Positions 1 to 13,999 of a stretch of DNA of 64,000 nucleotides are shown in pieces. Location: contig NC_087436.1 of the NCBI RefSeq assembly GCF_036321535.1, positions 83,082,001 through 83,146,000 on the forward strand, in the 5' to 3' direction. Both the position numbers and the translations under genes were made by a program. Source of the stretch: Camelus dromedarius (taxonomy: Eukaryota). Positions within the stretch are counted from its first letter, which is position 1. Every line of letters begins with the position of its first letter. Below the pieces are notes generated by a model. The model searched no databases, had not been told where the DNA came from, and saw only the letters and a list, made by a program, of their open reading frames with translations.

Positions 1-1258
1 TGATCATTAATTGGAAGGATTAACACAGTCAAAATATCCTTATTACCTAAAGCAAACTACAGAGTCAATGCAATCCCTATCAAAATCCAAAGGACATTTT
101 TCACAGAAATAGAATTTAAAAATTATAAAATGTATATGGAACCACAAAAAAAACCCTAAACAGCCAAAGCAATCCTGAGAAAAAAGAACAAAGCTAGATG
201 TATCACACTCCCTGAGCTCAAACTATACTACAAAGCCATAGTAATCAAAACAGCATGATATTGGGAAAAAAACAGATACACATATCAAAAGAACAGAATT
301 AGGAGCCCAGAAATAAACACATATATGGACAATTAATTTATGACAAACGATTAAAGAAAATACAATGAAGAAAAGATAATCTCTTCAATAAACGGTGTTC
401 TGAAAACTGGACAGCCACATGCAAAAAAATGAAACTAGACCACTATCTCACACCATACATAAAAATTAACTCAAAATGGATTGAAGACTTGAATGTAAGA
501 CCTGAAACCATAAAACGTCTAGAAGAAAGCACAGACAGTATGCTCTTTGACATTAGTCTTAGCAATATTTTTCTAGATTTATCTCCTCAGGCAAGGGAAA
601 CAAAAGCAAAAATAAACAAATGGGATTATACGGTAGTTTTATAAAAAAAGCTTCCACAGAGCAAAGGAAACTTTTAATAAAATGAAAAGATAACCTACAA
701 ATGGGAGAAGATATTTACAAATGATATATATCCTAAAGGATTAATATCAAAATTATATTAAGAATTCATATAATTCAACAACAACAAAACTTGATTAAAA
801 ATGGGCAAAGGAGCTGAACAGACATTTTTCCAAAGAAGACATACACATGGCCAACAGGCAAATGAAAAGATGTTTAAAGTCACTAATTATTAGGGAAATG
901 CAAATCAAACACAATGAGCTATCACCTCACACCTATCAAAATGGCTATTACTAAAAAGACAACAAATAACAAGTTTTAGTAAGGATATGGAGAAAAGGGA
1001 ACCCTTATACACCGTAGGTGGGAATGTAAACTGGTGCAGTCACTATGGAATACAATATGGAGATTCCTCAAAAAATTAAGAATAGTACTACGATAGGATC
1101 CAGCTATCCCATTTCTGTGTATTTATGCAAAGAATATGAAAACAGTAACCTGAAAAGATATCTGCACCCCCAGTCATAGCAGCATTATTTACAATAGCCA
1201 AGATATGGAAACAACTAAAGTGCCCGTTAACAGACAAACAGATAAAGAAGATACAGTG

Positions 1259-1259
1259 T

Positions 1260-1316
<57 letters not shown>

Positions 1317-1320
1317 CATC
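1259..1320. repeat. (TATC)n tetranucleotide microsatellite inside the L1
   Basis: About 14 tandem TATC units read directly. Confidence 0.95.
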
Positions 1321-1685
1321 AATCAATATGCAATGGAATACTACTGGGCCATAAAAAAGATGGATCTTGCCATCTGCAACAACATGTATGTACCTAGAGA
1401 GTCTTATGCTCAGTAAAATAAGTCAGATGGAGAAAGACAAACACCATATGATTTCCCTCACATGTGGAAGATAAAAAAACTAATAAACAAAAACAAGATC
1501 AATGAACAAACAAACCAAAACAAACCCATAGATACAGAGAACAGAGCAGTGGTTACCAGAGGGGAAAGGGTGGGAGTGGAGGGTCAAGTGGGTAAACGGG
1601 ATGAACTGTATGGTGATGGATAGAAACTGGATTTTTGGTGGTGAGCACATTGCAGTGTATACAGAAGAAGAAATATGATATTGTA

Positions 1686-1789
1686 GGGGGAAGGTAATAG
1701 CTCGGTGGTAGAGAGCATGCTTAGCATGCATGAGGTCCTGGGTTCAATCCCCAGTATCTCCATTAATAAAATTTAAAAAAAAAAGACAG
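1686..1789 (+). mobile_element. tRNA-Ala-derived SINE (camelid Vic-1 type) nested in the L1 3' UTR
   Basis: tRNA-Ala(AGC)-like body with A/B boxes (TAGCTCGGTGG...GGTTCAATCC), poly-A tail, imperfect TSD agaaatatgatattgta / agaaatataatgttgta. Confidence 0.85.
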
Positions 1790-2029
1790 AGAAATATAAT
1801 GTTGTACACATGAAACTTATGTTATAAATCAATGTAAACTAAATTTTAAAAAGAAAACTGAAACAATCAAAAGAGACTTCTTGATTCCCTCCACCATATC
1901 TGCCCACCCACCAGCATACTCTGCCCTTCCTCCTATTACCCTGGCCTAGATGAACTTTTCACGTTCCTGTCTAAGGCCTAAGGCATCATCTCCACTTTGC
2001 AGTAAATACCACCCTCTCTTTCCTAATTC

Positions 2030-4165
2030 AACAGCTTTTTGGACATTTCCAGAATTTTTTTCTAAATATTTTCAATCTGACATTGGCCGAATCTGACATT
2101 GTGCAGAACCACAGATACAGAGGGCTGAGGCTGACTGTATGTTTCTGTTCACGTCCCAGGGCCATGTCCTCTCCCCTGCCAACAAAATACAATTGGGAGG
2201 AACCCTGATCATCTTGCTATCCCAGAGGACATCGTGCTGACCTTGCATATTAATGCCATTATGCCAACCAACTGGATCTATTAAGCAGAAAGAAACAAGC
2301 AAACAAAAATACCTTACTTACATATATGGTTGCCAAGGTGTGGGACCCAAATTCTATAAAATTTAATAGGTTTACTGTATCAGTGATATTTGCAGAGGCT
2401 CTATCATCTGGGGCCTGTTAGGATACCCCTTCTAAAATGAGATACAAGTTGCTGTACCGTGTGCTTCCCCTCATAAAGGAAAAAGAACTCCACCTTACTC
2501 TGTGGGCCTCTTTCAAATTTGGAGGCAATGTGAGCAATATTTGAGCATGCTGCTCCAACCCATTCATTTGATAGCTTGTAAAGCTACCATTTTTGAAAGC
2601 CCTCCAGGCTTCAAAGTAAGTTGCCCTGACACTTGGACCCAAGGACCTAGCAGACCAAATAGTATTAGAAGGATCTGTTGTAGAGAGAGATTCTGTATAC
2701 AGTTTGAGGCAAATTCCAGTAGGATCATCACAGCACAGACATCTAGGGGCTTGGTAAGGCCATACCTTCCTCTGATGGCAAATATTCTCCCCTTGAAAAG
2801 TGGCTATTGGTTTCCTACCTAGTGTTTGAGACTGAACACATGACTACATGGCACCAAGTGACTATGCAACCTGAACGTCCCAACAGGAACCAAGATACTG
2901 GATGCACACAGCAAGATTTCCATTGTAATATGGAAGCAGTACAAAGGAGACTGGGCCCCAGCAGGTCCAGAAGGCACAAGTATTACGTACGGTCAGTTGG
3001 CTCCAACTTCCAAAGAACCTATTCCTACCACTTCTATGCCTTTTCCTCAACCTATACGAGTGTCCTCTTGCAGAATTCCCAATGAGCAGTTCACAGAAGA
3101 GAAGAAAGCACAAGTCTAGTTCTCATATGGATCTGCCAATGATGTTACACTGACAAAAGTGGGTGTCCACTGTACTGCAACCCACTCAGGCATGACCACA
3201 GAGGACCATGATGAAGGAAACTCTCCAAGTGGACAGAACTTTGAGGGGTATATCTGGCTTTTCATTTCACAGCCTGAGGTACAAAGATTTATAATAACTT
3301 ATGAGCAGTGGCTACTGGATTGGTTGGCTGGTTGGGGACTTGGAAAAAACTAATTGGAAAATTGGTGACAAGATAGACTATGTATGGACCTCTGGGAGTG
3401 GGTACAAAATTGTTAGAATATTTGTGTATCATGTATATATCCAGTGGAGGGTATCCATGATGGTGGAGGCTGTCAAAAGCCAGATGTTCATGAAGATCTA
3501 TTTTGTGAACGTCAGGAAGCCTCTTTCTCCAGGCATCCCAGTGCTTGCTTAGCGGGTCCATATACAAAGTGGCCGTGGCAGCATAAAAGAAAATGTAAGC
3601 TAATAACATGGTTTTCACTTCCCCAAGGCTGGTCTGGCTCTAACTAATGCTAAGTGTCCAATTTGCCAAGAGCAGAAGTCAATACTAAGCCGCTGATATG
3701 GCACCACTGTCCAGGATGACAGGTGGCTACTTAGTAACAGAAGATTATGGTGGACTCCTTCCATCATAAGGGAACAGCTCTTTATACTTTCAGGGATGGC
3801 TACACACTGTGTAAAAGTGTATTTTTCCTGCTTGTAGAGTTTCTGCCAACACTGCTATCATGAAGTTACAGAATGTCTCATCCATTGCCATGGTACTGAC
3901 ATAACACTGTCTCTGACTACAGGCATATTTATGGTCAAAGAGGTTTGGAAATGGGCGCATGCTCTATAAATTCACTACATATCCCCATCATACAGAAGCA
4001 GCTGGCTTGATAGAAAAATTAACTGGCATGTTGAAGGCTTAATTATAGTGCCAGCTGGGACACCATGCAAGGCTGGGATGCATCCTACAGCACGGAGTAC
4101 ATGCCTTAAACCAGCAGCCAATATTGCACAGAGCCAGAATGGACAGATGTGGGGACCATGGAGAG
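2030..4165 (+). mobile_element. Ancient ERVL-type internal pol remnant (RT/RNase H/integrase), interrupting an L2
   Basis: Decayed translations HQVTMQPE, QFTEEKKAQV*FSYGSA and WKIGDK resemble HERV-L pol; many stops and frameshifts. Confidence 0.75.
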
Positions 4166-4489
4166 GAACAGTGTCTCTGTGCACACTGGCCTCCTAGGTG
4201 CTTCTCTAACATGCTAGACATACTCCTGCCCCCTTTTCCTCTACCTAAGTGCTTTCCTCTGCTCTATTTAAAATTGCAAAATCTCCCTTTACCTTCCTGA
4301 TGACCCTTTCCCTTACCATGCTTTTGTTTCTAGCTCCTCTCACCCTCTAACATACTACACCATACAGATTTAGTTATTGTTTATTATCTATCTTCTCCCA
4401 CTAGACAGTGAACTTTACAAGGGTAGGATTTTATTTCATTCGGTATTCTATCCTCAGTGCCTAAGACAGTGTCTGAAATACAGTAGGTA

Positions 4490-4700
4490 TATTTGAGGTC
4501 CCCAGCCCCTACCTTTTCTCCTTCTCTCAGACGGTGTATAAGCCTCGATTGCCTAACTTGTCCTTGGGCCTCATATTCTTATGGAGGCCCTATATGTACA
4601 TAACTGAATTCGGTTTTTCTCCTGTTTATCTGTCTCATGTCAGTTTAATTCTTAGACCAGCCAGAAGAACAGTAGAGGGAAATTTTTTCACTCCCTAATA
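4490..4700 (+). mobile_element. ERV1-type LTR fragment (MER34/MER39-like 3' end)
   Basis: Ends in TTTCTCCTGTTTATCTGTC...GTAGAGGGAAATTTTTT, resembling the LTR ends at 16.4 kb and 55.3 kb. Confidence 0.55.
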
Positions 4701-5129
4701 GTTGAATAAACTAATGAGAACACCTTAGTGAGAAAAAAAAGAAAAGGCTCCACCTGGAGTTTGTATTAGTAAATGTATTCTGTGGGAGTTTGAAATGTAC
4801 AATGTTCCAAAGTCAAAGTCAAACTGAAAATTTAACATCTAGAGTATTAGCTGTGATGATGGAGTGACAGGAATTAAGATAAAATCAATCAAACATATTT
4901 GTGTAAAATACTTCCCTTCACCGACTTTCCACATGAACTTCCTTCTCAGTCTCCCAATTCCCAGGACTTCAACAGTTCCCTTTTTCCTCTCCGTGTTTCA
5001 CCCATCATTTACCTGCTCTCCAAGGCTGCTTTCATGCTATGATGCCAGAGTGGAGTAGCTGCCCACAGCCTAAAATATTTCTTATCTAGCCTTTCACAGA
5101 AAGAGCTTGCCAACCAGTCTCTTATGTAG

Positions 5130-6525
5130 ATAAAGATACCATAAAACTTACTATTTTTAAGAGTAGAGTTTTGTGACATTAAGTACATTCACATTTTTTT
5201 GCAATCATGAGCACCAACACAACTCCAGAACGTTTTTCATTTTCCCAAACTGAAGCTCTATCCCCATTAAAGAATAACTCCTCACCCCTCTCCTCCCCTG
5301 GTGGCAACCACCATCCTACTTTCTGTTTCTATGAACTTGACTACTGTAGGTACCTCATACAAGTGGAATCACACAGTATTTGTCCTTTGATGACTGGCAT
5401 ATTTCACTTAACATAATCTCATCAAGGTTCATCCATTTCGTAGCATGTGTCAGAATTTTTAAGGCAGAATACTGTTCTGTTGTATGCATGTACCACACTC
5501 TGTGGTATTCCTCTGTTGTGGACACTTGGTTTGCTTCTGCCTTTTGGCTGTTGTGAATAATGCTGCTATGAATACGGGTGTACATATATCTGTCTGAGTG
5601 CCCGCTTTCAATTCTTTTTGTATATACCCAGAAGTGGAATTGCTGAATCATATGGGAACTCTGGGTTTAATTTTTTGAGGAACTGCCAAACTCTTTTCCA
5701 TAGCAGCTACATCATTTTACTTTCCTACTAGCAAAGCACGAAGGTTCCAGTTTCTCCACATCTATGTCAACGCGTGTTATGTTCCTTTTTTTTTTTTAAT
5801 TAGGGCCATCCTAGTGGGAATGAAGTAATATCTCAGTAATGAAGTAATATCTCAGATTTTGACTTACATTTCTCTAATGATTAGTGATGTTGAACATCTT
5901 TCCAAATGTGCTTATTGGCCATTTGTATGTCTTATTTAGAAAAATGTCTACTCAAGTCCTTTGCCCTTTTTAAATTGGGTTGCTTGGCTTTTGCTGTTGT
6001 TGAGCTGCAAGACTTCTTTATATATTCTATATATTAACCCCTTATCATGTAAATGATATGCAAATAGTTTCTACTATCCTGTAGGTTGTCTTCTTACTCT
6101 CGTAATAATGTCTTTCGAGGTATAAAATTTTAATTTTAATGAAGTCCAATTTATCTAGTTTTTCTTTTGTTGCCTATGCTTTTGGTTTCATATTCAATAA
6201 ATGACTGATTCAATGTCATGAGCTTTTCCTCCATGTTTTCACATTTTTAGTTCTTATGTTTAGGTCTTTGATCCATTTTAACTTAATTTTTGTATATGGT
6301 GTAAGATAAGGGTCTAACTTAATTCTTTTGTGTGTGGATATCCAGTTTTCCCAGTACCATTATTGAAAAGACTACCTTTTCCCTACTGAATGGTCTTGGT
6401 GCCCTTGCAGAAAATCATTTGACCATACACGTGAGAGTTTATTTCTGGGCTCTCTATTCTATTCCATTGGTCTGTATGTATGCCTTTCTTTATGCCAATA
6501 CCACGGTTCTGATTACTGTAGCTTT
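5130..6525 (-). mobile_element. Old LINE-1 3' fragment (L1M-type), antisense
   Basis: Minus ORF 5355-5651 resembles the L1 ORF2 end; typical antisense L1 sequence (GGATATCCAGTTTTCCCAG). Confidence 0.9.
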
Positions 6526-6577
6526 GTTGAGGGTAGAGTTTTACAGCAGAGGTCACAACAATTCCACAGAACTAGAG

Positions 6578-6800
6578 CAGGGAATCAGCAAACATTTTCT
6601 GTAAAAAGCCAGACAGTAACTAGTTGGGGCTTCAAAGACCTGTGGTCTCATCACAATTACTCTACTCTGCTACTGGAGCACTAAAGTAACCAAAGAAAAT
6701 ACTTAATCAGATGGGTGTGGTTGTGTTCTAATAAAACTTTATCTATAAAAATAGGTGGCAAGACAAATTTGCTCCAAGAGCAGTACTTTGACATTCCTTG
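6578..6800. mobile_element. MER58-like hAT-Charlie DNA transposon relic
   Basis: CAGGGAATCAGCAAACATTTTCTGTAAA start and internal TTCTAATAAAACTTTAT motif. Confidence 0.65.
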
Positions 6801-8812
6801 GACTAGATAGAGGTCACAGTTGGGCATTTTCAAAGGTCTTCAGGAAGGCCAGTGTGGTAAGAACAGACGAGAGAGAAGGGAGATAAAGCTGGAGAGACAG
6901 GGACCAGATCACACAGACACTTGCAGACCTCAAGGAGGATTCGATTTATTCTCCCTCACCCATTCACTCACCAGACATCCATCAAAGACCTACAAGGAGT
7001 TAGGGGCTGGAGTTACACAGGAGTTAGGCTCAGTCCTCAGCCTCCTGGAGCTTTGATGGGGAGAAAAGGAATAAGCTAAGGAGTTTTAATACAGTATCAC
7101 GTTTCCTTTCTGCATCATGGCATAAGCTCCATTCCATCGCCTGAGCCATGGGATTCCTGCTCTGAGCTTTTACTTTACTGCCTTACTTAGTCTGAGAAGT
7201 AGTTTGACTTTATTAATTCTCCCCAGGATGATTGCAACAGTCTATTCAAACAGCTCTCTGCCTCTAGTCTCACCTTCTTCCAAATTTGGCCTCCACAGTG
7301 CAGTGGGAGATATTTCTAAAATGCAATTCTTATTGCACTCTCCAGCTTCAAACTATGTTGAAGGCTTTCATCACTGTCAGAGTTAAGTCCAAGCTCTTAA
7401 GCTGCTATGTAAAGCCCTGCGTGATCAGGCTCTTGCCAACTTCTCAGCATCATCTGCTCTCTCTCCCCTTGGTGGGAAATGTTAGCTGACAGCCCAGGAC
7501 ATCGACTTATACACACAAAACAACACGTTTAACTCATGATTAAGCCCTGGGGTAACATTTACATCAAAGAAGATTATTTGTTATCTGTGTGAATTCTTTT
7601 TGTTAGTGTTTCTATTATAAGAACCATTATGAATTGAGCAAGACTTAGTAATAACAAGAGCAAACACATATAGAGACAATCTGTGCCTGGCACTGTTAAG
7701 TCATTTAATCCTCGCAACCATCATATGAGGTAAGTGGTATCACTGTCCCCATTTTACAGATTAGGAAACTGAGGCCTGGATGGGTTAACATCCTCAAGAT
7801 CACACAGCTTATGTGTGTGCTGGTATCAATATTCAAACCTAGGAATTCTGACTCTATAACCTGTGTTACTAAGCACACAAAGCCTCCTCACTAAACCATA
7901 AATATGTTATTTAAAAATACTGACTGAAGCTGTGCCTATAGTCTAAAAGCATGGTCTCTGGATGGTAGCATGCAAATTCTCAGGCCTGGGCCCTGACCTA
8001 CTGAATTAGGTGTCTGGAGTTGGGCCCAGGAATCTGAATTTTTGCAAGCGCCCCAGGTGATTTTTAGTCACAATAGAGTTTGAGAAGCACTACTCTAAAA
8101 CATTTATTCCTAACGAGTAAAGGCTTTAATGGTTACAAAGCGTATGACAAACACGTGAATAATTTTGACAAAAAAAGTAGAAATAGGATTTTTTGTAATG
8201 CACAAAGGTTTCAGATTATGACATAAAAAGAAAACAAACCCTAGTATGGAACAATGTAGTTTGTCATGGGCCTTGAGAGGATGAAGAAAAGTACAGGATA
8301 AACCTGAACTTGGAGCCGAAAGGTGAGATCAAACCCAGCACACCCACTAACCAGCTGCATGACTTATCGCCAGTTGCTTAACCAGAGCCTCCGTTTCTTC
8401 ACTGACAGGTTAAAATAACAATCCCCTTGACCTGTTACCGAGATGGTTGTTTAAAATCTGGCAGAATGATATATGTGACGATGCTTTATGTGGAAGCACA
8501 GCTTGGTGATCAAGTTTCATTTTCTGCTGTAACTCTTTACAAAAGAACATATGCATTCTCCCTTCTACTCAAGACATGGATAGGATTTTGCAGTGTCTTA
8601 AGAGAACGCTACTTTCCTCAGTGAAGACTGCAGGAGGTACACAGCTGGAATGAGGGGTTGGCTCCAGGCTTGAAAAGACAGGTTAGTGGCTTCATCTAAG
8701 AGAATGGGGCCAAAGAGCTGACAGATAGTGGTAGCAATATGATTACATGTCTCTGAACGCATCTGCTGCCTTACAATTTCTCCCCCCAGAAGAGTGAATG
8801 AAAATAGGCTGA

Positions 8813-9604
8813 AGGGAACCCTCCTACACTGTTGGTGGGAATGCAGTTTGGTGCAGCCATTGCGGAAAACAGTATGGAGATTCCTCAAAAGACTAAAAAT
8901 ACACTTACCATATGACCCAGTAATCCCACTCCTAGGTAAATATCCAGAAGGAACCCTAATTCAAAAAGACACCTGCACCCCAATGTTCATAGCAGCACTA
9001 TTTACAATAGCCAAGACATGGAAACAACCTAAATGTCCATTGATAGATGACTGGATAAAGAAGTTGTGATATATTTATACAATGGAATACTATTCAGCCA
9101 TAAAAATGACAACAAAATGCTATTTGCAGCAACATGGATGCATGCCCCTGGAGAATGTCATTCTAAGTGAAGTAACCCAGAAAGAGAAAGAAAAATACCA
9201 TATGATATCACTCATATGTGAAATCCAAAAAAAAAAAAAAAAGAAGAAGAAGAAGAAGAAAAACAAACTTAAATATAAAACAGAAACAGACACACAGACA
9301 TAGAATACAGACTTGTGGTTGCCGGAGGAAGGGGTGGGGAGGGACAGACTAGGAGTTTGAGATTTGTAGATGCTGACTGGTATATACAGAATAGATAAAC
9401 AAGTTTATACTGTATAGCACAGGGAAATATATTCAAGATCTTGTAATAGCTCACAGTGAAAAAGAATGTGAAAATGAATATATGTATATTCATGTATGAC
9501 TGAAAAATTGTGCTGTACATCAGAAATTGACACAACATTATAAACTGCTTATAACTCAATAAAAAAAAGAAAGAAAGAAAAAAAAGAAAACAAAAAAAAG
9601 AAAA
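8813..9604 (+). mobile_element. Young 5'-truncated lineage-specific LINE-1
   Basis: ORF2 C-terminus ([23 protein letters not shown]), 3' UTR, long poly-A, perfect 13-bp TSD GAAAATAGGCTGA at 8800-8812 and 9605-9617. Confidence 0.95.
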
Positions 9605-10699
9605 GAAAATAGGCTGATATTCAGCCCCATGCACTTCTTACTGCCTGTCAGTGGTTTGCTGTCTACAGTAGCTTCTGTTCTGATTGGTCACTGTTTGTGC
9701 CACATAGGTTGTTAAATTTTTAAGTAACACCTCTGTTATATTCCATAATAGCAAGGAATGTTATTTAAAGCTTATTTTAAGCAGAAGCAACTCCCCTCTG
9801 CCTGGGATGATATAATGGGTTCATACTGGACCTGTCCACATCTCTGACCTTTCATTCTACTAATTGTTCTTAATGCCAAATAGTTTCAGTATGTTCATTA
9901 AAACAACATAATTTTAAATTTACCTATTCTGTCTCGAGCATATTTCTCTAGCTGAGGAAGACACAAACTACTACACTAGAAAAACTCCGACAAATGTGGG
10001 GGAAAGAATTCTACTTTCAGGGTGGGGTTTCTTTCATTCATTGTGCAAAGCTGTGACTTCCCTGGTCCCCACTCTCCCTTCTTTCCTCTTTTCTCTCTTG
10101 GTTATCGCTTTTGGATTAAAAGTGACTTTCAGATAAACAGGTATCATTTAGGACAGGGAGCTACTCAGCTTAAAGAGGAACATTCTGAGGCCTCTCACAA
10201 GGAGATAAAAACGTATTAATTATGTTCTTTACTCGAACTGACTTTAAATCATGTCATAGATTCATAAGCCTTATAATCTTCACCTCCAAATGGTAGGAGG
10301 AAGACATCAGTTATTTTTCTAGATGCATAATTTTCATTTGAAGCAGAAATGTTCAAGTGACCACTAGCTACTCCAGCTGAGGCATGATATGGACACTGAA
10401 TCCCCCAAATTACAAAAATATTTCTGGCTCTGCTCAAAGAAGCCCATGCAATCCAAGGAGTGGCCCAGCATCCCCTCTCATTTGGGGTGATGTGGTTTAC
10501 CACATCCAGGAACTACTTAACACAAGCCCCGAAATTTTGCGATAGTCCATCAAAGAGGTAAAACCAGGGCACAGATGGTGTCAAATTTTCCTCACAGGCT
10601 GCTCTACATAAATCATGTGCTCAGCCAGATACTGTCATTCTGCCACCATCTCCCAACCCCTTCCCCTGCCAAAGCCAAAAACCTAGAGGGTTTTTGCCC

Positions 10700-10845
10700 T
10701 TGTTACTCAAGTCATGGTTCACGGACCAGCAGCGCTGAGGTCACCTGGGAATGTGTCAATGCAGAATCTCAGGCCCACTCCAGACCTACTGAATTCTGCT
10801 GCTTTTTAACAAGATCTCCAGGCGATTCATATTTAAAGTATGAGT
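10700..10845. mobile_element. MER5A-like DNA transposon relic (similar copies near 7950-8095 and 47095-47255)
   Basis: Core AATGCAGAATCTCAGGCCCACTCCAGACCTACTGAAT...TTTAACAAGATCTCCAGG. Confidence 0.75.
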
Positions 10846-13800
10846 ATGGGTTACTTGTTACAGCACATACCAGTAAAGAATCAAGATTTTCTACTCAGTA
10901 TGAACACTTTGAAAATAACAAAAACAAGCAACTCACCTCAATTATGATCTGTGAAGTTGGAAAGAAAGCAGCCCAAACCCTGGTGGAGAGGCAGTGGTGA
11001 CAAGGAGATTTCGATAGCTGTAGGCTTTGTCATAGAGACTTCAACCAAGATCCATGTCTATTAAAGTCCAGGAGCTTCCCTTCCGGCCAGCACTCCAGGT
11101 GCAAGAGAAGTATCAGAGAGGAAACTTAGCCCTAGGCCAGGTCCTGCAACTATCAGAACAAGCTAGCCTTGGGGAAAGGTCCAGTTCTCGTTTATTTCCT
11201 CGAGTTCCTTTTCCCTCCACCATTAGCTGGTTAATATCCACATTTCCTTCTCGATCACTGGGATTCAAACTGACAGCCTAACGCCTCCAATCAGCCTGGG
11301 ATCCTTTTCCGGCATTCCTGGCAAGGGGATGGGAAAAGGAAGAAATTTACGTGTGAGAGAGATATTTTTATATCTTTCTCTTTGTGCAACAGAATCCTGA
11401 TGGCAGCATCTCCGACACTAACGACAACTTTCGTGAGGATCAAAACCAATTCTAGCAAATAGTTTTGCTCTGTGTAAACTTCCTGTCTTGCTCGATCTGA
11501 TATAACAGGGGTCTCCTTTCACAAGCTCTGCCTTCTAGCAAAAAAGTACAAGCAGGAAGATAACACAGATTTGGAAAGGAAGTGAAAGAAACCAAGCACA
11601 GACAGTGTCAGGTTTCAGTGCAAAAGCCCACAAGAGACAGGAAGAGGAGAGGACTATATTTGGAACATGCTATCCTTCTAATGTTCTCCTTTCTAAACCA
11701 GAAGTATAACGGGAAGTTAAGGCTGTATTAAATAGCCATTTCATATTCTGAAAACATGAAGGATGTCAAGTGACAAAACATGACATTTACTAAGAGCTTC
11801 TGGCTCCACGCTTTACCAGCCTTGACAAGTTTTTCATCCAAGCCTCCCAACATAAAGTGGTGGTAACAATAATGCCTTCCTTACAGAGCTGGCATGGTAA
11901 TATCATGAGATACGTGAAACGCCGATGACTGAACCTGCCTTGCTTTATAGTCAAGCCACTGTCCTGATTTCTTCCTCTCTACTGTGCATACCTACGCACA
12001 GATCAGGCATTCAATAAATATATATTGAAATGAAAGTTTAAAAAATTTTGACACTGTTAAGAAATTCCATCCATTTATTTTTACCATTTTTTTTATTGCG
12101 GTAAAATACATATAACATAAAATTTGCCTTTTTAGCCGTTTTTAAGTGTCTGATTCAATGGCATTAATTACATTCACAATGTTACAAAACCATCACCAGT
12201 ACCCATTTCCAAAAATTTTTCGTCACCCCGAACAGAAACTCTAATCATTAAGAAAGAACTCCCAGGGTTTTTTTTTAATGTGAAGATCACTTTTTAATTT
12301 GGATGGGATTCCTCCTCCCTCATGGTAGTGGGTGTACTTTAAGTCTCCTGAAGAGAAAATATATAATAACAAGATAACAGGTAGCTCTTTTAAATAAATT
12401 TGCATTTTAATCATACAACACAACAAATCTTCGCACATTTGAAGTATGTGTGAGATTACTCTTCATTCCAGCTGGCAAAAAGGTTTAGAAGAAACCTTGA
12501 AATAAAATGTCTGCCATCTCTGTGGATATATATGAACTTCTTTAACTGTGTTCTCCTTTTTAAATTCATACGACTAATTGTTTCCTTTTGAAGGGAGAGA
12601 AGAGGAATGAGCATTGATTGACACCCACTGGGTACCAGCGAGGATTCAAATCTCATCTCATTCTTCATCATGAATAAGTGTGAAGTTATTTACACGATAC
12701 TACTGTGATCCTGTGTGATAATTTTCTAGTTACTGTACAGTTGACCATTTTGCTGTGACGTAAGCCTGGGCAAAGCAGAGGTATCCGTGTCCTGCCTGGT
12801 ATCTAACTGAGCAAGGCCTGTGTGTACTATGCTAGCAGTGCAGTTGTCTGTATATAAACACGAGCTGGAGCTAAAAAACAGACGAGTGCAAAATGCCAAA
12901 CTTAAAAGAAGTGCCGATATATCCACAGAGATGGCTGAAATTTTATCCCAAGGTTTCTTCTAAACCAAATAAAACATACTCGGTAAATATAATTTTAAGG
13001 ATAATTAAAACATATATTAAAAATAAATAACCATGATTCTAGGGATCAGCTAGACACCTAGGGTAGTAAAAGGAATATAAGACACAGTCCCTGTCCTCCA
13101 GGGGCTGACATCAAGGCTGGGTGGACAAGATTGACACACACAAGCTAAGCACAGAGCCGGCTGAATGCCGTGTTGGTGTGGGCTGAGGTAGGTGGAGAAG
13201 AGAGAGCCCAGCACAGAAGGAGTGGACTGTGGATGCTGGATCCTCACTTTCTAAAGATGGTCAACTTGCCTAAGGATTTAGTGAACTCTGAGTTTTGCGA
13301 AGGGCTCACTAACTGGGCTCAAGCTCTCAGGATTCAATTTGTCCCAGAACAATAAACATTAGATAAGTCCTTGCTTAACAAGTAACTGAAGCCCCTTTTC
13401 CATTGAGGCAAATCCAAGTGAATCCAATTTAGGAAACATACTGCTTTTTTTGACAGAAGGTAACACAAATTTTAATTTTCAAATCTCTTCCTATGTTTCA
13501 TGTTTCATGTGACATGTAATTTTATGTTACTAAAAGCAATAAGACAATTGTACTTTAATGTGGAAAGGAAAAAAGGAAAGAAAAGGAAGGAAGGGAGGAA
13601 GGGAGAGAGGGATGGAGGAGGAAGGAAGGAATGAAGGAAATTAGAACCTAAATATTTACCAATAGCGTATGATTAAATAAAATGTAGCATATGGATACAA
13701 TGGAATATCATGCAATAGTTAAAAAGAATGAGATAGAAATATACATACTGTCTTGACAACGAAAGATCTCCAAGACATATTAATTATAAAAAGCAAGTTG

Positions 13801-13999
13801 CTTATTAACACAGGGCATTTAAGTTCATTTATGTTTAAATGCATAGACAGACACACACACACCCTCACAAAACTATGCATTTTTATACGTACACATCTAT
13901 GTATGTAATCACATACAAAAATCTTTGGAAAGATATGACCCAAAATGACAACAATGTCTAGGAAGTGTGGGATTAGGAGGTGGGGATACTTTGTGAAAA

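Larger units (their letters stand above)
1..1855 (+). mobile_element. LINE-1 3' portion (decayed ORF2 C-terminus and 3' UTR), runs off the window start
   Basis: ORF 429-644 ([29 protein letters not shown]) is typical L1 ORF2; L1 3' UTR and A-rich end near 1850. Confidence 0.95.

Noticed and set aside
1686..1765. tRNA-Ala-like sequences here and at 33.7 kb and 45.3 kb as tRNA genes
   Set aside because: Poly-A tails, TSDs and broken stems show they are SINEs
5818..5855. Short tandem duplication AATGAAGTAATATCTCAG x2 (also CATAGTCA x3 near 37077)
   Set aside because: Ordinary slippage inside old repeats
11318..11350. GT...AG micro-intron between candidate exons
   Set aside because: 33 nt is below the practical minimum for mammalian spliceosomal introns
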